A DNA stretch of 64,000 nucleotides, taken from positions 5,121 to 69,120 of IMG/VR virus record IMGVR_UViG_3300009873_000014, one strand, 5' to 3'. Under the pieces are notes generated by a model. It was not told where the DNA came from, made no database searches, and saw only the letters and a program-made list of their open reading frames with translations. Below are positions 55,049-63,122 of the stretch, piece after piece. The translations under genes and the position numbers were made by a program. The DNA is from a virus. Taxonomy: Duplodnaviria > Caudoviricetes. Within the stretch, counting starts at the first letter, position 1; the number at the start of each line of letters is the position of its first letter.

Positions 55049-55828
55049 ATGCGGGGCGTGAGCACGGCCGAGGTGGAGCTGGTCCCTGGTGGGGACGTGG
55101 GGTCCGAGGGGGAGGCTCCTGCGCTGCGGGCTGGTTTTCGTGGTTGGTGGGAGCGGCCGGTGGATGATCTGCCGGGGGTGGGGCCGGAGACGGCGGGGGA
55201 TCGGGTGGTGCGGTTGTTGCGGCGGGGGGCGTGGCCGTCGGTGGTGGCGGAGCTGGCGGGGGTGGATGCTGCGACGTTGCGGGCGACTCGTCGGGAGGCT
55301 GCGGCGTTGGGGGCGCGGTGGGCGGCGATCGTGGCGTGGCGGGAGGACGGCGTGGAGTTGCCTCCGGGGGTCGAGGACGTGGACCTGACGGCGGCGGAGT
55401 GGTCGCTGTTGGAGTTCGGGCGGGCGTTGGCGCAGGCTCGTGCGTGGGACGAGGTGGAGCGTGGCGAGGTCATCCATGCGACGGCGATGGGTGAACGGAA
55501 GCGCACGATCGTCACGACGAAGCACCGGGTCGAGCAGGGGGAGGATGGGGCGGAGAAGCTGGTGCCGGTGGAGATGGTGGAACGGGTCGAGGAGATCGCC
55601 CCTGATCCGGCGGCGCTGATGAAGGTGCAGGAGCGGCTCTACCCGGAGCGGTGGGGGCAGGTGGATCGTCGGGAGACGACGGTGAGCGGCACCGTGAACG
55701 TGGTGCACGCTGATGCGAAAGATCTCGTGGCGTCGGTGCGTGCCCGGCTGTCGGAGGCTGAGGAGCGCAGGGCCACGGCGATCGAGGTTGAGGGTGGACC
55801 CGTAGACGAGGAGCCTCTACCGGAGTAG
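55049..55828 (+). CDS. terS: Terminase small subunit
   Basis: N-terminal HTH (VVAELAGVD..TL); FGRALAQARA..EV; A....ERLYPERWG..DR.E..VSG. Confidence 0.75.
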   Translation: MRGVSTAEVELVPGGDVGSEGEAPALRAGFRGWWERPVDDLPGVGPETAGDRVVRLLRRGAWPSVVAELAGVDAATLRATRREAAALGARWAAIVAWREDGVELPPGVEDVDLTAAEWSLLEFGRALAQARAWDEVERGEVIHATAMGERKRTIVTTKHRVEQGEDGAEKLVPVEMVERVEEIAPDPAALMKVQERLYPERWGQVDRRETTVSGTVNVVHADAKDLVASVRARLSEAEERRATAIEVEGGPVDEEPLPE

Positions 55829-55839
55829 AGTGCGCCGGC

Positions 55840-56217
55840 ATGGGGTCTGGCGAGATGGACATGCCGAAGCGGTGGATCTTCGCCCGGTACGGTCGCCGGC
55901 TGGCGCTGTACCACCGGGGCGAGTTCGTGTGGCAGGCGATCTTGGATCTGCTGCCGTTCCTGCACGGGACGTGGGCGCTCGGCGTGTGGTTCGACCCCGA
56001 CGACGAGGACGGGCAGCGGGTGTTCCAGTGGGGGGTCGTGGTGCTCGGCGGGACGATCTCGTGGGAGCCTGACGGGCCTGGTGCGGTGACCCGCTGGCGC
56101 GGCTGGCGGGAGGACCGTCGTGGCCGCAGGGTCGTCCGGTCGGCGGAGAAGGCGCTGCGCCGTGCAGCTCGGGAGCCTCGGGACTTCGAGGAGCAGGCCG
56201 GGGCCGGCGGGTGGTGA
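55840..56217 (+). CDS. Hypothetical Trp-rich protein
   Basis: 125 aa. Confidence 0.5.
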   Translation: MGSGEMDMPKRWIFARYGRRLALYHRGEFVWQAILDLLPFLHGTWALGVWFDPDDEDGQRVFQWGVVVLGGTISWEPDGPGAVTRWRGWREDRRGRRVVRSAEKALRRAAREPRDFEEQAGAGGW

Positions 56218-56426
56218 TCTCGCTGCGGGCCACGGTGGCGCGGGAGCTGGCCATCGCCGCAGTCGCCAAGGATCACCCGGTGCGGGTGGCGCTCTGCGAC
56301 GGGTCGATCGTGACGTGGCCCGACGGGCGGGTGGTGGTCGATGGGGCCACCGACGCCGCCGGCCTGTTCAGGCAGTTCCACGAGCCGTTCGTCGGCGGCT
56401 ACGTGGTCGAGATCCTCCGAGCCTGA
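56211..56426 (+). CDS. Hypothetical protein
   Basis: 71 aa. Confidence 0.5.
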   Translation: MVISLRATVARELAIAAVAKDHPVRVALCDGSIVTWPDGRVVVDGATDAAGLFRQFHEPFVGGYVVEILRA

Positions 56427-56434
56427 CCGACCGG

Positions 56435-56463
56435 GTAGACAGGTACACCTACCCCGGTATAGG
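56435..56463 (+). promoter_or_regulatory. Promoter with operator (GTAGAC-N17-TATAGG; ACCTACC-CC-GGTATAG at 56447-56462)
   Basis: Direct sequence. Confidence 0.75.
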
Positions 56464-56472
56464 GTGCTCGGC

Positions 56473-59142
56473 ATGGATGAAACCGGGGTCAGCAAGCAGG
56501 AGCCGATGAGCGTCGAGGACGTTCGAGGCTGGTTCGAGACGAGGGTGCGGGAGCACGGAGGGACGGAGGGCCTGCGCCCGAGGGTCCGGCGGGTGGGTGT
56601 CCTGCTCGCCGAGATCGACCGGCTCCTCGTGGCTGCCGAGGCGTCCGGGTTGCGCGAGGGCGACCTGCGCTGCCTGGTCCGACGGTGGGAGGAGCGGGCC
56701 AACGCCGGCATGGTCGTCACCCGCTGGGACGTGAGCGACGGAGGCGTGCTCGGGGCGATCATCCTCTGCACCGCCTGCCGAGGCGATCGCGAGGTGCGCG
56801 GATGCCTCGTCTGCGACGGGACCGGAGAGCTGCACCGGCCCTACGACTTCGAGCGGTACAAGGCCAGCCTCACTTTCACGCCCGAGGAGCCGGGTGAGCA
56901 GCGCCACCTCGCCGACACCGCCTCGGAGCTGGTGGCCAAGCTGGACGCTCGGGTGATCGAGCTGAACCGGCAGAACGCCGAGCTGCGCGACCGGGAGCGC
57001 CGCCTTGAGGACCGGGTGATCGAGGCTCGGGAGGAGCTGGCGGATCTCCGGGCCACGGCCGAGTTGCTGTCGATGCAGCTCTCGTTCGCCCGGCACGGGA
57101 ACCTGGCCAAGCTCGCTGGCGACGTGATGCCCGAGTGGGAGGTCGTGCCGTCGGGCGAGCTGCGCGCCGGTGACGTGATCGCGTGGGGCGGTGACCGGCC
57201 GATGGAGGTGGTCTACGCCGAGGTCCAGACCGACGCCACCTTCGAGGGCGGCTACTCGTACCGGATGCTCACCGGTGGCGGCACCTTCACGGTGCTCGGC
57301 GGCAGGTACGGCGAGTCGGTCCGGCTCAAGGCCACCGACGAGGACGACGAGGACGAGGTGGTGCTGCGGGCGAAGTGCCCGGACGACGGGACCTGCCACC
57401 ACGACTGCGACGCCGAGGGGCCGTGCTGGCGGGTGCTCGCCTGCGGGCCGCTCTCGGGCGTGTACCCCGGCGACGAGTGGCCCATCGAGATCACGATGGC
57501 CCACCGGTACGAGCAGTCGATGCGGGTGCCCGACGACCAGCTCCCCGAGGTCGGCTCGATGTGGGAGTCCGGCACCGGCGAGAGCTACCACGCTGTCATC
57601 GTGGAGGCCGTCGATCGACCGTGGGTCGTGCTGACCGACGTGGTGGACAAGGGGCAGCCGACGCGGGAGTGGCGCACCAACCTCGGAGCCTTCCTCGCCG
57701 GCTGGGAGAACGCCGGCCACGCCGAGGAGGGATGCACCGCCGAGGACGAGTTCCTCGCCGACCACCCGGTGTTCACGGAGGCGATGGTCACCGCCGCTCG
57801 GCAGGACGTGCCGTTCTGGCCGAACCCGCTGCGCTGGCTCCGCCACGAGATCCTCGTGTGGCGCATCGCCTTCAACCCGGACCTGCCCAACGACGGCATG
57901 ATCCTCGGCAAGCTGATCGCCGGCACCTGCCGCCAGCCTGCCGGCTCGCCGATCGTGGACGACGCCACCGCCGGCGAGGGCGCGGGCGTGGCCATCCGGA
58001 AGCCGCAGCGCGGCGACCGGGGCCTGCTCGCCCCGAACCCGAACGCCGCGCCGGCCAACGCGCTCGTGGTGGCGTGGGCGGTGGGGTCGCGGCTGCGGCC
58101 GTGGTGGCTCTCCCCGCAGAGCACGAAGGTCCGGCTCCGGCACCGGGTGCAGATCACGCGCCTCGGGGCGTGGTGGATGCGTCGGCGCTACGGCGTCTAC
58201 GTGGACGAGATGGCCGCGTGGACGGAGGCGACGGCCGGCCGGCCGCTCACCACGCAGAGCTACGTGGACACGTGGCTCGCCGAGCACGAGGCCCGGAAGG
58301 ACTCGTTGGAGGCGGCGGTCGCCCGGTTCGTGCACGGGCTGGACGACTCGGGGTTCCCCACCGACACCGATCGGCCGACCCTCACCGAGTGGCTCCGGGC
58401 CTCCGAGCACGAACCCACGCAGTCGCAGTGGCTCGCCGCCGACGTGCTCGACGCGGCCTTCCGGGTCCACGGCATCGGCCGTGGCGCGGGCACCACGTGG
58501 CTCTCGACCCGGCTCGTGGAGTGGCTGAACGAGGTCGAGCCGTTCGCCGTCCGCTCGGCGCTGACCAGCCAGCACCCGGAGACGATCCGGGCCGAGGCCA
58601 CCGACGACCTGTACGGCGCGCTCCACACGGCGCGGGAGTTGCTCTGCCTTGCCGAGCCGTACCTCAAGAAGTCGGACCGCCACCCCGGCAACCGACCGGG
58701 CGTGGCGCGCACCCCGTCGGGGCAGAGCGTCCGTGACGCCATCGGTGCGGCCGTGCGCCTGATCGACGCGGCCGGCACCCGGTGGTGCCCGCAGTGGTCG
58801 AAGGACGCCAACACGCACGAGCTGCACGAGCCGTGCGGGTCGGTAAGCGCCGAGGGCACCGTGTGCTCGCTCACGTTGGAGCCGGGCGCGCACCAGCCCT
58901 TCCCGAACAGTCGGCACGTCGGCGTGAACGCCGCCGGCGTCGAGGTCCACTGGGCGGCGGGCAACGGCCAGCACGAGGAGCCGATGGCCACCGGCGGCGT
59001 GTTCAAGGGCGTGGCCTCCATGCCACCCGGTGGAGTCGAGGTCCAGATCGCCGAGAACCGCCACCAGCAGGGCCACCACCGCTCCGCCGCCGAGGAGGCC
59101 GCGGTCCGCAGCTACGCCGACCGGCAGGGAGATCTCCGATGA
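56473..59142 (+). CDS. Large mosaic protein, 889 aa
   Basis: ATG 56473; Zn-finger, coiled coil, SH3-like, CPDDGTCHH-C module and other short segments in one frame. Confidence 0.65.
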   Translation: MDETGVSKQEPMSVEDVRGWFETRVREHGGTEGLRPRVRRVGVLLAEIDRLLVAAEASGLREGDLRCLVRRWEERANAGMVVTRWDVSDGGVLGAIILCTACRGDREVRGCLVCDGTGELHRPYDFERYKASLTFTPEEPGEQRHLADTASELVAKLDARVIELNRQNAELRDRERRLEDRVIEAREELADLRATAELLSMQLSFARHGNLAKLAGDVMPEWEVVPSGELRAGDVIAWGGDRPMEVVYAEVQTDATFEGGYSYRMLTGGGTFTVLGGRYGESVRLKATDEDDEDEVVLRAKCPDDGTCHHDCDAEGPCWRVLACGPLSGVYPGDEWPIEITMAHRYEQSMRVPDDQLPEVGSMWESGTGESYHAVIVEAVDRPWVVLTDVVDKGQPTREWRTNLGAFLAGWENAGHAEEGCTAEDEFLADHPVFTEAMVTAARQDVPFWPNPLRWLRHEILVWRIAFNPDLPNDGMILGKLIAGTCRQPAGSPIVDDATAGEGAGVAIRKPQRGDRGLLAPNPNAAPANALVVAWAVGSRLRPWWLSPQSTKVRLRHRVQITRLGAWWMRRRYGVYVDEMAAWTEATAGRPLTTQSYVDTWLAEHEARKDSLEAAVARFVHGLDDSGFPTDTDRPTLTEWLRASEHEPTQSQWLAADVLDAAFRVHGIGRGAGTTWLSTRLVEWLNEVEPFAVRSALTSQHPETIRAEATDDLYGALHTARELLCLAEPYLKKSDRHPGNRPGVARTPSGQSVRDAIGAAVRLIDAAGTRWCPQWSKDANTHELHEPCGSVSAEGTVCSLTLEPGAHQPFPNSRHVGVNAAGVEVHWAAGNGQHEEPMATGGVFKGVASMPPGGVEVQIAENRHQQGHHRSAAEEAAVRSYADRQGDLR

Positions 59143-59744
59143 CCAAGCCCAACTACGTGTACGTCGCCAGCTCGTGGCGGAACCCCATGCAGCCGGCCGT
59201 GGTCGCCTCGCTGCGCGCCGCCGGCATCGACTGCTACGACTTCCGTGACCCCGCCGGCGACGGCACCGGCGGGTTCTCGTGGAAGGACGTGCGGGACGAC
59301 CCGGAGGCCCCGGCGGCGAGCAACGTGTGCGCCTGCGGCCACGACGCCTTGGCTCACGGTCTGAGCGAGGCCACCGTCCGGTGCATGGCCGACGGTGGCC
59401 GGTGCACCTGCCGCTCGCTCTCCCCGGTGATCGCCGCCAAGGGGACCGACTGGGTGCCCGCCGCCGAGTACCTCCGGATGATCGAGCACCCCGCGGCGCT
59501 CCACGGCTACGGCCTCGACTACGCCGCGATGGAGCGCGCCGACGCGTTCGTGATGGTGCTCCCGTGCGGCAAGAGCGCCCACCTCGAAGCGGGCTGGGCG
59601 ATGGGGGCCGGGAAGCCGACGGCGATCCTGCTCGAAGATCCCGTGGAGCCGGAGCTGATGTACCGGACCACGTTGGAGAACCCGCACGGCCGCATCTGCC
59701 TCACGATGCTGGATCTCCTCGGGTGGCTGGGGGTGGAGGACTGA
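59139..59744 (+). CDS. Nucleoside 2-deoxyribosyltransferase-like protein with Zn-module insertion
   Basis: VYVASSWRN; YDFR; D..AM..AD..V.VLPCG.SAHLEAGWA.GAGKP; EPELMY. Confidence 0.8.
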   Translation: MTKPNYVYVASSWRNPMQPAVVASLRAAGIDCYDFRDPAGDGTGGFSWKDVRDDPEAPAASNVCACGHDALAHGLSEATVRCMADGGRCTCRSLSPVIAAKGTDWVPAAEYLRMIEHPAALHGYGLDYAAMERADAFVMVLPCGKSAHLEAGWAMGAGKPTAILLEDPVEPELMYRTTLENPHGRICLTMLDLLGWLGVED

Positions 59745-59863
59745 TGGACCCGGAGACGCCCTGCACCTGCGGCGACGTACTGGACGAGCACGACCCGCTC
59801 ACCGGCGAGTGCGAGATCGAGGGATGCGACTGCATCTACTTCGAGGAGGACACCGATGGCTGA
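59744..59863 (+). CDS. 39-aa CxCG-H Zn module protein
   Basis: CTCGD....H....C....CDC..F; coupled. Confidence 0.5.
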   Translation: MDPETPCTCGDVLDEHDPLTGECEIEGCDCIYFEEDTDG

Positions 59864-60344
59864 CGACCCGATCCCCACCGCGCCGAGCGCGGCCGTGCTC
59901 TGCCCGATGCCGGTGATCCACCGGACGTGGAGCGACGAGCAGGACCGCTACGTGTACGAGATCCTTCCGTGTGAGGAGCACCTCGCCGTGCGCCACGAGC
60001 ACCACGACGAGATCTACACGGACGGGATCTACGAGGGCGGCGACTGGTGGACCGTTGGCTGCCACGCCGGCCACGTGCTCGTCGTCCCCTACACCGACGG
60101 CGACGAGCCGCCGGCCGTGGGCGAGGTGGCCCCCGAGATCCAGGCCGCGCTCGTGGCGCTCGGCGTGACCGACGTGCACCCGGAGCTGGACCCGCTCACG
60201 TGCACGGTCTGCCACGGGCCGATGGTGCTCGACGTGGACACCGACCGGTACTACTGCGACACCGAGGCGTGCGCCGAGTACGGCGCGCAGGCCACGGTCG
60301 ATGACAAGCCCCACACGAGGGACGTGCTCCGTGGCCGCGGGTGA
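59856..60344 (+). CDS. Hypothetical Cys/His-rich protein
   Basis: 162 aa. Confidence 0.55.
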   Translation: MADDPIPTAPSAAVLCPMPVIHRTWSDEQDRYVYEILPCEEHLAVRHEHHDEIYTDGIYEGGDWWTVGCHAGHVLVVPYTDGDEPPAVGEVAPEIQAALVALGVTDVHPELDPLTCTVCHGPMVLDVDTDRYYCDTEACAEYGAQATVDDKPHTRDVLRGRG

Positions 60345-60522
60345 GCGCCGCCGGGTCACCGGCGAGACGATGTGCACGTGCGGCGACTACGCGGGTCAGC
60401 ACGAGCGCGAGCGCGGCGAGGACGGCGAGGAGTTCGGCCGGTGCCTGGCGCTCGGCGGGTGCTCGCAGGAGGACGACGCCACCGAGCCGTGCGGCGAGTT
60501 CGAGCCGGACTGGGAGGCGTGA
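60331..60522 (+). CDS. Small CxCG-H Zn module protein
   Basis: CTCGD....H...C....C......C..FEP; start uncertain. Confidence 0.5.
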   Translation: MAAGERRRVTGETMCTCGDYAGQHERERGEDGEEFGRCLALGGCSQEDDATEPCGEFEPDWEA

Positions 60523-60650
60523 TGGGCCGGTCATGCTGCCCCCTCCCTCCGGACCCGCCGCCGACCGACGAGGAGATCGCCGAGGAGCAAGAGCGCGACG
60601 AGATCCATCGGCTGGACGAGGCTGACGAGGCGACCGGGCGGATGCCCTGA
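60522..60650 (+). CDS. Small acidic protein
   Basis: 42 aa, coupled. Confidence 0.4.
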   Translation: MGRSCCPLPPDPPPTDEEIAEEQERDEIHRLDEADEATGRMP

Positions 60651-61063
60651 TGGCCAACGGACGCACCGTCACCGTCTCGGCGAAGATCACGCAGGAGGCG
60701 TTCGAGGCGCTCGAAGCGAAGCGCGCCGGCACCTCTCGATCGACCTTCATCGCCGACCTGATCGAGCCGGCGGTGCTCACCGGCGATCGGGTAGCGGCCG
60801 TGGTCGCACGTGCTGAGGAGCCGCCCGCTGCCCCACCGGCGGAGGTGGTGCCGATCGAGTCCGCTCGCGCTACTGGAAAGGCCACTCGAAAGCCGAAAGC
60901 AGCGAAGAAGGCCAGCTCACCGGCTACTCGAAAGCCCGACTCGAAAGCCGAGGAGGAGCTGACGCCCGAGGAGCGCCAGGCCCGGTGCTCGCACCCGGCC
61001 GACCGGAAGCGCCAGCTCTCGTATGGCACGTTCTGCGGGGCCTGCGGGTACCGGATCAGGTAG
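60650..61063 (+). CDS. Ribbon-helix-helix protein with C-terminal Zn motif
   Basis: TVTVSAKIT......L........SRS.FI.DL; C.HP......C..CG. Confidence 0.65.
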   Translation: MANGRTVTVSAKITQEAFEALEAKRAGTSRSTFIADLIEPAVLTGDRVAAVVARAEEPPAAPPAEVVPIESARATGKATRKPKAAKKASSPATRKPDSKAEEELTPEERQARCSHPADRKRQLSYGTFCGACGYRIR

Positions 61064-61069
61064 CCCGCC

Positions 61070-61405
61070 ATGTGGCTCGTCACCCTCGGCTCGTTGTACG
61101 TGACGTGGGCCGTCGTCTCGTCGTACACGCCGCGCCGGCTCCGCGAGGTCCACGACCCGCGCACCGGCCGACGGGTGGGCGTGGCCAACGAGCCGGCGTC
61201 GCTCCGCCCCGATCCCGCGATGGCCGAGCTGCCGCCCCTGTTCCCTGACCGGTGGCCGTGGCTGCACCGCCGGCTCTGGCGGTTCGCCGGGTACCGCCGC
61301 CGTCAGCTCGCCGCGCTGGAACGCCGCTACGAGCGGTTCGGCCAGCCCGGCGAGGACCGCCTGGTGGCGCGCCGCCCCAACCCGGCGGGTGACTCGTGGG
61401 GATGA
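61070..61405 (+). CDS. Hypothetical protein with N-terminal hydrophobic segment
   Basis: 111 aa. Confidence 0.45.
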   Translation: MWLVTLGSLYVTWAVVSSYTPRRLREVHDPRTGRRVGVANEPASLRPDPAMAELPPLFPDRWPWLHRRLWRFAGYRRRQLAALERRYERFGQPGEDRLVARRPNPAGDSWG

Positions 61406-61629
61406 GGTACTCGCGCGACTGCCTCGTGCCGGGCTGTCGCGTCACGCTGGCCAAGTACCACCCGTTCGCCGTGCAGCACGAGGCGATGGAGCACGTCCGG
61501 TGCTCGTGCGGATGGGTGGGCACGTCGCTCTCGAAGCACGTGGCGCAGCGCCGCCGGTTCGGTCACCCCGAGGGCCACCACGTTCAGGTGGCGGTCGTGC
61601 CTCTGCCTCCGGGGGCCGGCAGCACGTAG
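61402..61629 (+). CDS. Small C2H2-like protein
   Basis: C...C; CSCGW....KH......H. Confidence 0.5.
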   Translation: MRYSRDCLVPGCRVTLAKYHPFAVQHEAMEHVRCSCGWVGTSLSKHVAQRRRFGHPEGHHVQVAVVPLPPGAGST

Positions 61630-61646
61630 CCTCCCTCGGCATGGGC

Positions 61647-63095
61647 ATGTCGCTGGTCGAGGAGCTGGCCTCCCTCCCCGTGGAGGAGGCGGAGGCGATC
61701 ATCGACGCCATGTCCGCCGAGGAGCGGGCCATGCTCACGAGCTGGGCCGGCCAGGCGCGGCCCGAGCAGCAGGCCCCGCTCGGCGACTGGACGTACTGGG
61801 CGCTGATCGCCGGCCGTGGCGCGGGCAAGACCCGCGCCGCCGGCGAGTGGGTCTGCGATCGGATCGAGGCCGGCATCGCTCGCTACGTCGGGTTCATCGG
61901 CCGGTCGGCCGGCGACTGCCGCCGCATCCAAGTGCACGGCGAGTCGGGGTTCATCGCGTGCGCCGAGCGCCGCGGGATGACCGTGGTGGAGCAGCCGTCC
62001 CGAGCGCAGCTCGTCGTGGACGGCGAGGTGATCGTGATGTTGTTCTCGGCCGAGGAGCCGGACTCGCTGCGTGGTCCGCAGACCGACACGCTGTGGGGTG
62101 ACGAGTTCGCCGCGTGGGCACCGAAGAAGGACCCGGTGGGCAACACGGCCTTCACGAACGCCAAGGCCGGCCTCCGTCTCGGCGACAAGCCGCAGGGCGT
62201 GTTCTCCACGACGCCGCGGCCGATCCCCGAGGTGCGCGAGGCGATCGAGAACAAGTCCGGCCTGTGGGTCGTGACGCAGATGGCGACGTGGGATAACCAG
62301 GCCAACCTCGCCCCCTCGTTCATCGCCGGCCTCCAAGAGCAGTTCGCCGGCACCCGCCTCGCGGCGCAGGAGTTCGAGGGCAAGTTCTTGGAGGACGTGG
62401 AGGGCGCGCTCTGGACCTACGGGTCGATCCACGAGACGCGCCGGGACGAGGCTCCCCTGCTGCCGCTCCGGGCGATCGCGGTGGACCCGTCGGTGTCCCG
62501 CAACGGCGAGGGCGACGAGTGCGGCATCGTGTGCGGTGGCGTCGGTGACGACGAGCACTTCTACGTCACGCACGACCTGTCGGCGTCGCTGGGGGTCGAT
62601 GCGTGGGCGCGTCGGGTGGTGGACGCGTTCTACTGGTTCGGCGCGCAGGCGGTGATCGCCGAGGTGAACAACGGCGGAGCGATGGTCGAGGCGATGATCC
62701 ACAACGTGGACCCGTCGGTGCCGGTGCTCATGGTGCGAGCGGCCGACTCGAAGCGGGCGCGCGCCGAGCCGGTGGCGCAGTTGTGGGACCAGGGCCGCGG
62801 GCACATCGTCGGCGAGATGCCGGGGTTGGAGCAGCAGCTCGTCACGTGGTCGGACCGGCAGAAGGAGTCCCCGGACCGGCTGGACGCTCTCGTGTGGCTG
62901 GGCCACTGGGCCAAGGAGCGGATGCGCGGTGCGATCGTGGACGTAGTGCTCCCCGGAGCGTCGGCCAAGGCGCGGCAGGAGGCGCTCGTCGCTGCCACCA
63001 CTACGACGGAGGGCCGGCGGATCGTGTCGGGGACCGCGCTCGCGCAGGAGATGCTCCGCCGTCATCAAGACGGGGCCTCCGTGTTCCCCCTCTGA
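61647..63095 (+). CDS. terL: Terminase large subunit
   Basis: Walker A AGRGAGKT, Walker B WGDEFAAW, STTPRP, QE.EG.FL, IAVDPS...DECGI, EVN.GG, SPDRLDALVW; start 61641 or 61647. Confidence 0.95.
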   Translation: MSLVEELASLPVEEAEAIIDAMSAEERAMLTSWAGQARPEQQAPLGDWTYWALIAGRGAGKTRAAGEWVCDRIEAGIARYVGFIGRSAGDCRRIQVHGESGFIACAERRGMTVVEQPSRAQLVVDGEVIVMLFSAEEPDSLRGPQTDTLWGDEFAAWAPKKDPVGNTAFTNAKAGLRLGDKPQGVFSTTPRPIPEVREAIENKSGLWVVTQMATWDNQANLAPSFIAGLQEQFAGTRLAAQEFEGKFLEDVEGALWTYGSIHETRRDEAPLLPLRAIAVDPSVSRNGEGDECGIVCGGVGDDEHFYVTHDLSASLGVDAWARRVVDAFYWFGAQAVIAEVNNGGAMVEAMIHNVDPSVPVLMVRAADSKRARAEPVAQLWDQGRGHIVGEMPGLEQQLVTWSDRQKESPDRLDALVWLGHWAKERMRGAIVDVVLPGASAKARQEALVAATTTTEGRRIVSGTALAQEMLRRHQDGASVFPL

Positions 63096-63105
63096 GCACC
63101 TCTAC

Positions 63106-63121
63106 TGATACCCTGGTATCC
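63106..63121 (+). promoter_or_regulatory. Operator copy (TGATACC-CT-GGTATCC) abutting the start codon at 63123
   Basis: Same TACC-NN-GGTA core; CCTCTAC upstream as in other copies. Confidence 0.65.
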
Positions 63122-63122
63122 G

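Noticed and set aside
51788-59142. Stop-codon reassignment as the cause of the long mosaic ORFs
   Set aside because: The ORFs contain no internal stops under code 11, and both TGA and TAG end well-defined genes elsewhere (e.g. 212, 4631, 8860, 21570, 32427)
41593-63095. Inteins or introns in helicase and terminase
   Set aside because: Lengths and motif spacing are normal; no C/S...HN splice motifs or LAGLIDADG blocks seen
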